Below are positions 59,675 to 64,000 of a stretch of 64,000 nt of DNA, in pieces. Source of the DNA: an uncultured Trueperaceae bacterium (GTDB lineage: Bacteria > Deinococcota > Deinococci > Deinococcales > Trueperaceae); contig CAWCUY010000014.1 of the NCBI GenBank assembly GCA_963798895.1, forward strand, positions 364,875 through 428,874, in the 5' to 3' direction. Below the pieces are notes generated by a model that saw nothing but the letters and a program-made list of their open reading frames with translations, did no database searches and was not told where the DNA came from. Numbering within the stretch: the first letter of the stretch is position 1; each line of letters starts with the position of its first letter. The position numbers and the translations under genes were made by a program.

Positions 59675-60206
59675 CGCGCTCCCACCGTGGATCACGGGTC
59701 GTCCGCGACCTCGCGCCTGGGCCCGTCGGCCCGCCTTGCACCACCGCCGCCGCCCCACGACGGCCTCGGGATCTCGCACGCGAGCCGGCCTTGTGCATGA
59801 GCGCACGAGGAAAAACATTGTGCGCTCGTGCAGAGCGCTCGTGAGCGGCGCCGTCCGCAACCGGGCGAGCGCCGGTCCGGGCCCGGCGCCGGCACAGGTC
59901 GGGCGCCGGCGCGGGCTGGTGGTCGGTGCGGGCCGGGCGCCGGCGCGAGGGGCGGTTCGCGCCTCGAGGCGACGCCGCCATCGGTCGGTCCGGCCCACGC
60001 TGCCGGGCGCGAACCTCGCACGGGCCCGCACGTGCGAGGTTCGCGCGACCGGGCACCCGCCCGCGAGAGGTGCCCGCACGGGGCGGGCCCGGCCCGGCGC
60101 GCTCGCCACGGAGTGCGCTCGCGGCGCCGCCCGGGATCGGAGGGCGCGAGCGGGCATGCGCGGCAATCCATGCCGGATCCCGACGGGCTCTCGAGGGTGA
60201 AAAACC

Positions 60207-60224
60207 TGATAACTCGTCTTATCA
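60207..60224 (+). promoter_or_regulatory. Palindromic operator-like site TGATAA-N6-TTATCA in a locally AT-rich stretch just upstream of the integrase gene
   Basis: Sequence TGATAACTCGTCTTATCA, followed by GATATGCT, lies 22 nt before the ATG. Confidence 0.4.
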
Positions 60225-60245
60225 GAGATATGCTACCGTGCCTTC

Positions 60246-61250
60246 ATGGCCGCCACCGAACGCTTCCGGATCGAACGCTTCCAGGGCGACGCGCTCGCCC
60301 GCGCGGAGTCCTGGGCGACCCTCGCGCCCGACGACCTGAAGCGCCGCGCGGCCCGCGCCGCCAACGCGCGCGACGGCGATGACCTCTGGGCGCTCACCGA
60401 AGCGTACCTCTTCCTGCACGGCTCCAAGGGCGCCCGCGTCAGCAAGCACACGCTGCGCACCTACAAGCGCGGCCTCGAGGACCTGCTCGCCGCGTGGCCG
60501 CACGAGAACCTGTTGAGGCCCGGGCGGGATGCCGGGGTGCTGTACATCCGGCGACTCGAGGCGACGCCGGTGCCCGGGAGCGACGCCCCGCCGCAGGCCG
60601 CCACGCTGCAGGTCAAGCTGGCCGCCGCCCGCACGCTGTACCGGGCGCTGCGCTGGTCCGGCGCCACCGAGGCGCGTCCGTTCGAGAACGTGCGCGTCGC
60701 CAAGGACCCCACGCCGCCGTGGGAGAAACGCCGCCCGTACGGCGAGCGCGAGATCGAGGCGCTGCTCGAGCTGGGCGACGAGGCCGAGCGCGTCATCGCG
60801 CTGCTCGGCGCCCACGCCGGCCTTCGGATCGGCGAGATGGCCGCCCTGGAGTGGTCCGACGTCGACCTGCCGTCTGGGCGCCTGCACGTGCGCGACGGCA
60901 AGGGCGGCAAGAGCGGTTTCGTGCGGATGACGCGCCGCTTGCGCGACGCGTTGCGGGACCTGCGGGCCGCAGGGGCCGCCCCGCACCGTCAGCGCGACGC
61001 GGCGCTGGTGCTCCCATGGGGGGCGGACCACTGCCGCAAACGGTTCCGCGACCTGTGCAGCAGAGCCGGCGTCGACTACGACTCCGCGGGCGTCCACGGC
61101 CTCCGGCACGGCGCGGGCACGCGCTACTACCGTCAGACGCACGACCTCGGCCGCGTCGCAGCGCACCTGCGGCACGCCGACATCCAGACCACGCGCATCT
61201 ACGCAAAGATCGACGAAGCGGCCGTCGGCGAGGACATCGAGGACTGGTAG
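60246..61250 (+). CDS. Tyrosine-type site-specific recombinase / integrase
   Basis: N-terminal SAM-like domain (SKHTLRTYKRGLEDLL); catalytic R (GLRIGEMAALEW), HxxR (HGLRHGAGT) and Y (TTRIYAKI) motifs. Confidence 0.85.
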   Translation: MAATERFRIERFQGDALARAESWATLAPDDLKRRAARAANARDGDDLWALTEAYLFLHGSKGARVSKHTLRTYKRGLEDLLAAWPHENLLRPGRDAGVLYIRRLEATPVPGSDAPPQAATLQVKLAAARTLYRALRWSGATEARPFENVRVAKDPTPPWEKRRPYGEREIEALLELGDEAERVIALLGAHAGLRIGEMAALEWSDVDLPSGRLHVRDGKGGKSGFVRMTRRLRDALRDLRAAGAAPHRQRDAALVLPWGADHCRKRFRDLCSRAGVDYDSAGVHGLRHGAGTRYYRQTHDLGRVAAHLRHADIQTTRIYAKIDEAAVGEDIEDW

Positions 61251-61346
61251 CGGGCCGGCGGCTCCGGGCGCGCCGGTCGCGCCTCCGGCCCCGCGCGCAG
61301 GCGCCTCCGGCCCTGCACGCCCGTCTCGCGCGCCCGGGGCGCCCGG

Positions 61347-61490
61347 CCCTCGCGCCCTGCAAGCCCGTTCCTCGCGCCCTGCAAGCCCGTTCCTCGCGCC
61401 CCGCAAGCCCGTCCCTCGCGCCTTGCGCGCCCGTCCCTGGCGCCCTGTGCGCCGGCCCCTCGGCCGCTGCGCGCCGGCGCCTCGCGCTCT
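61347..61490. repeat. About six degenerating tandem copies of a 22-bp unit (CCTCGCGCCCTGCAAGCCCGTT)
   Basis: Direct reading of the sequence. Confidence 0.65.
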
Positions 61491-61528
61491 TCCCCGCCCC
61501 CGCCGCCGTCGGTGGCGAGCCTCGCGTC

Positions 61529-61596
61529 TCGTCGCGGCGCCCGCGCGCCGTCGTCGCGGCGCCCGCGCGCACGTCGTCGCGGCGCCCGCGCGCGTT
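61529..61596. repeat. Three tandem copies of a 22-bp unit (TCGTCGCGGCGCCCGCGCGCNN)
   Basis: Direct reading of the sequence. Confidence 0.7.
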
Positions 61597-61641
61597 CCAG
61601 GCGCCCAGGCCGGGCGCGCGCATCACGTAGCATGAGCGCTG

Positions 61642-63435
61642 ATGCTCGCAGCGCGCCGCCGTCTCTCCCGTCGCCATCTCCGCAGGTACCGCGAGATCGT
61701 GCAGGCGTTCATGCGCCACGGGTTCGGCGCCGTGGTGGGGCGCTTCGGCATCGCCGCGCGCCTGGGCCTGCGCGAGCCGCTGGAGCAGGCGACCGACCAG
61801 CGTGCGGCGGCCGAGCACCTGCGCCTCGCGCTCGAGGAGCTCGGGCCGACCTTCGTGAAGATCGGCCAGCTCCTCTCGACGCGGCCCGACCTGCTGCCCA
61901 AGCCCTTCATCGACCAGCTCCAGCTGCTGCAGGACAGCGCGCCGCCGCTGCCATGGTCGGTCGCGAGATCGGTGTTGGAGACGGAGCTCGGCGAGAGCCT
62001 CGACGAGCTGTTCGCCGAGGTCGAGACGGAGCCGGTGGCGAGCGCGTCGCTCGGTCAGGTCCACCGTGCCTGGCTGCCCGCTCCCGCGCCCGCGGCGGGA
62101 GGCGCGACGCCGCCCGGCGGCGCCGCGGGCGCGCCCGCCGGCTCGGCGGCCGCGCCCTCCGGCGCGGGGGCCGCGCACGCCGGCGGCGCGTCGACCGTCC
62201 GGGGCGACGCGGTCGTCATCAAGATCCAGCGTCCCGGGGTCCCACGCATGGTGCGCGTCGACCTCGACATCGTCTTCGACATCGCCCGCTGGCTGGGCCA
62301 GAGGCCGGACGTGATCGGCTTCCTCGATCCCGTGGCGATCGCCGAGGAGTTCTCCGACGCGCTCACCGGGGAGCTGGACTACGAGCTCGAGGCGCGCAAC
62401 CTGCAGCGCTTCCGCCGCGCCTTCGCCGGCGACGCCGAGATCCACGTCCCGGAGGTGGTGTGGGGCCTCACCACCCCCCGGGTGCTGGTGATGGAGCGCA
62501 TCGAGGGGATCAAGGTCAACGAGGTCGAGCTGCTCGACGCGGCCGGCGCCGACCGCCACGCCGCGGCGATCGCGATCGCGCGCATGTACCTCAAGAGCAT
62601 CTTCGAACACCACGTGTTCCACGCCGACCCTCACCCGGGCAACCTGTGGGTGCTGCCCGGCGATCGGATCGGCATCCTCGACTTCGGGCGCGTCCACGTC
62701 GTGGCGCCGAAGGACGAGGAGCGCCTCACCGACCTCGTGGGCGAGGTCCTCACCGGCGACGCCGAGCGCGCCACCGACCGGCTGCTGGCGCTCGACATCG
62801 CGCCGGGAGGCGTGCACCGCGCGGGCCTCGAGCGCGACATCGGCCGCATCCTCGCGAACTACCTCGACCGCCCCCTCGGTCAGATCCACCTCGCGGATCT
62901 GCTCGACGAGATCCTACGCATCGCGCTGCGCCACCGCCTGCGGCTGCCGTCCTCGTGGGTGGTGCTGCTGCACGCCACGGTCATGCTCGAAGGCGTGCTG
63001 CTCCGGCTCGATCCCGGGCTCAACCTCTTCGCCGTCGCGCGCCCGTACTTCGTGCGCCTGAAGTTGAGGCGCGTCCTGCCGACGCAGTGGGGACCGGGGC
63101 TCGCGCGTAGCGCGCAGGACTGGCTCGCGCTCGCCGAGCGCTTCCCGCGCTACGCCGAGCGCCTGCTGCAGCAGGCCGAGCGGGGCGGCCTCAGCATCGA
63201 GTTCCGTTCCCCCGAGATCGATCGGGCGGCGCGCAGCCTCGATCGCGCCGCCAACCGCGTGGCGATCGGTGTGATGGCGTCGTCGCTCATCATGGCGATC
63301 GCGCTCATCCTCCCGCTGCTCGACTTCACACCGCCATGGTCGATCGCGACCTGGCTCGGCGTGGTCGGCTTCAGCGCGGCGACCGTCCTGGCCGTGTGGT
63401 TGCTCGTGACCATCCTGCGCTCGGGGCGGATCTAG
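61642..63435 (+). CDS. ubiB: UbiB/ABC1-family atypical protein kinase
   Basis: ABC1 motifs (ASLGQVHRA, VIKIQRPGV, HADPHPGN); a Gly/Ala/Pro-rich insertion of about 40 aa; C-terminal TM helices. Confidence 0.85.
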   Translation: MLAARRRLSRRHLRRYREIVQAFMRHGFGAVVGRFGIAARLGLREPLEQATDQRAAAEHLRLALEELGPTFVKIGQLLSTRPDLLPKPFIDQLQLLQDSAPPLPWSVARSVLETELGESLDELFAEVETEPVASASLGQVHRAWLPAPAPAAGGATPPGGAAGAPAGSAAAPSGAGAAHAGGASTVRGDAVVIKIQRPGVPRMVRVDLDIVFDIARWLGQRPDVIGFLDPVAIAEEFSDALTGELDYELEARNLQRFRRAFAGDAEIHVPEVVWGLTTPRVLVMERIEGIKVNEVELLDAAGADRHAAAIAIARMYLKSIFEHHVFHADPHPGNLWVLPGDRIGILDFGRVHVVAPKDEERLTDLVGEVLTGDAERATDRLLALDIAPGGVHRAGLERDIGRILANYLDRPLGQIHLADLLDEILRIALRHRLRLPSSWVVLLHATVMLEGVLLRLDPGLNLFAVARPYFVRLKLRRVLPTQWGPGLARSAQDWLALAERFPRYAERLLQQAERGGLSIEFRSPEIDRAARSLDRAANRVAIGVMASSLIMAIALILPLLDFTPPWSIATWLGVVGFSAATVLAVWLLVTILRSGRI

Positions 63436-63488
63436 CGCTCCGCCGCGCCGGCCGCGCCCGGGAAGGCAGGCTCCGGCGACGCGCACGC

Positions 63489-64000
63489 TCACGGCGCGCG
63501 CGTGCGCCCGTCGATGGCCCGCACCGTGCCGCTGCAGCAGCGCGCGGTGGCGCCGGCGCCGGCCAGCAGCAGGCAGCCGCCGTCGTCGATGCCCCGCGCC
63601 ACGCCCGCATGCGTGACGTCGCCCGCACGAACCTCGACGTGGCGGCCCGCGAGCGCGTCGAGGGCCGCGAACCTGGGCGGTAGCGCCTGGCCGTCGACGA
63701 GCAGGTCCAGGCCGCGCTGCACGCCCGCGAGCACCGCCCCGTGAACGGCCGCGACGTCCCACCCCCGAAGCCCGATGCCGCCCTCGGGCGGGCGGTTCGC
63801 GACGTTCACCCCCACGCCGACGAGGAGGTGCTCACCGACGACCTCCACCAGCACGCCGGCCAGCTTCCGCTCGCGGTACAGCAGGTCGTTCGGCCACTTC
63901 ACGCGCGCGCGCGCGCCGTACTCGCCCAGCACCTCGGCCACGCCGACGGCGACCGCCACGGCGGCGGTGCCGGCGGCGAGCCGGGCGCGGGCCGGGGATC
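63489..64000 (-). CDS. birA: Biotin--[acetyl-CoA-carboxylase] ligase BirA, partial (N-terminus lies beyond the window end)
   Basis: KWPNDLL signature and the C-terminal SH3-like domain are present. Confidence 0.7.
   Translation of the reverse strand, partial: SPARARLAAGTAAVAVAVGVAEVLGEYGARARVKWPNDLLYRERKLAGVLVEVVGEHLLVGVGVNVANRPPEGGIGLRGWDVAAVHGAVLAGVQRGLDLLVDGQALPPRFAALDALAGRHVEVRAGDVTHAGVARGIDDGGCLLLAGAGATARCCSGTVRAIDGRTRAP

Overview
This is a 64 kb window of a very high-GC (about 70%) bacterial chromosome, most likely from a Deinococcus-Thermus-type organism, though no search was run to confirm it. Supporting traits are the RGG-tailed PNPase, a PriA lacking helicase motifs, GTG/GTGA-coupled operons and the AGGAGG ribosome-binding sites. 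The first ~48 kb is core genome. It carries RNA-turnover genes (rnj, pnp, rpsO), rlmB, ribF and a near-complete division/cell-wall (dcw) cluster on the minus strand, running mraZ-rsmH-ftsL-ftsI-murF-mraY-murD-ftsW-murG-murC-murB-ftsQ-ftsA-ftsZ. murE and ddl are conspicuously absent from the cluster. Upstream of mraZ lies a bacterial type-A RNase P RNA gene (rnpB) that no ORF call accounts for. The core region continues with luxS, a two-component system, purM, priA, smpB, an amidase, asnS, aspS, hisS, yfbR and mgtE. From about 48.0 to 61.6 kb, between mgtE and ubiB, the content switches to accessory genes. It opens with a flavin monooxygenase and an 8.7 kb catabolic module: an IclR regulator, an AspDH-like dehydrogenase, an ACC-deaminase/D-cysteine-desulfhydrase-family PLP enzyme, a peptide-type ABC importer with no ATPase genes, an amidohydrolase-2 enzyme and RidA. 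This module is bracketed by about 95%-identical 286/290-bp direct repeats; one copy lies inside an intact APH-family phosphotransferase gene and the other is a frameshifted gene fragment. Beyond the module sit the intact phosphotransferase gene, whose start region is reiterated about seven times to form a chain of mini-uORFs, a tyrosine recombinase with an AT-rich palindromic operator, and two arrays of about 22-bp tandem repeats. I interpret this accessory segment as an integrated or rearranged genomic island carrying a candidate undescribed amino-acid-derivative catabolic system. Many tool ORFs are antisense or N-terminally over-extended GC artefacts; starts were re-called from conserved N-termini, ribosome-binding sites and 4-nt start/stop overlaps. 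Hand-derived coordinates may be off by 1-3 nt.
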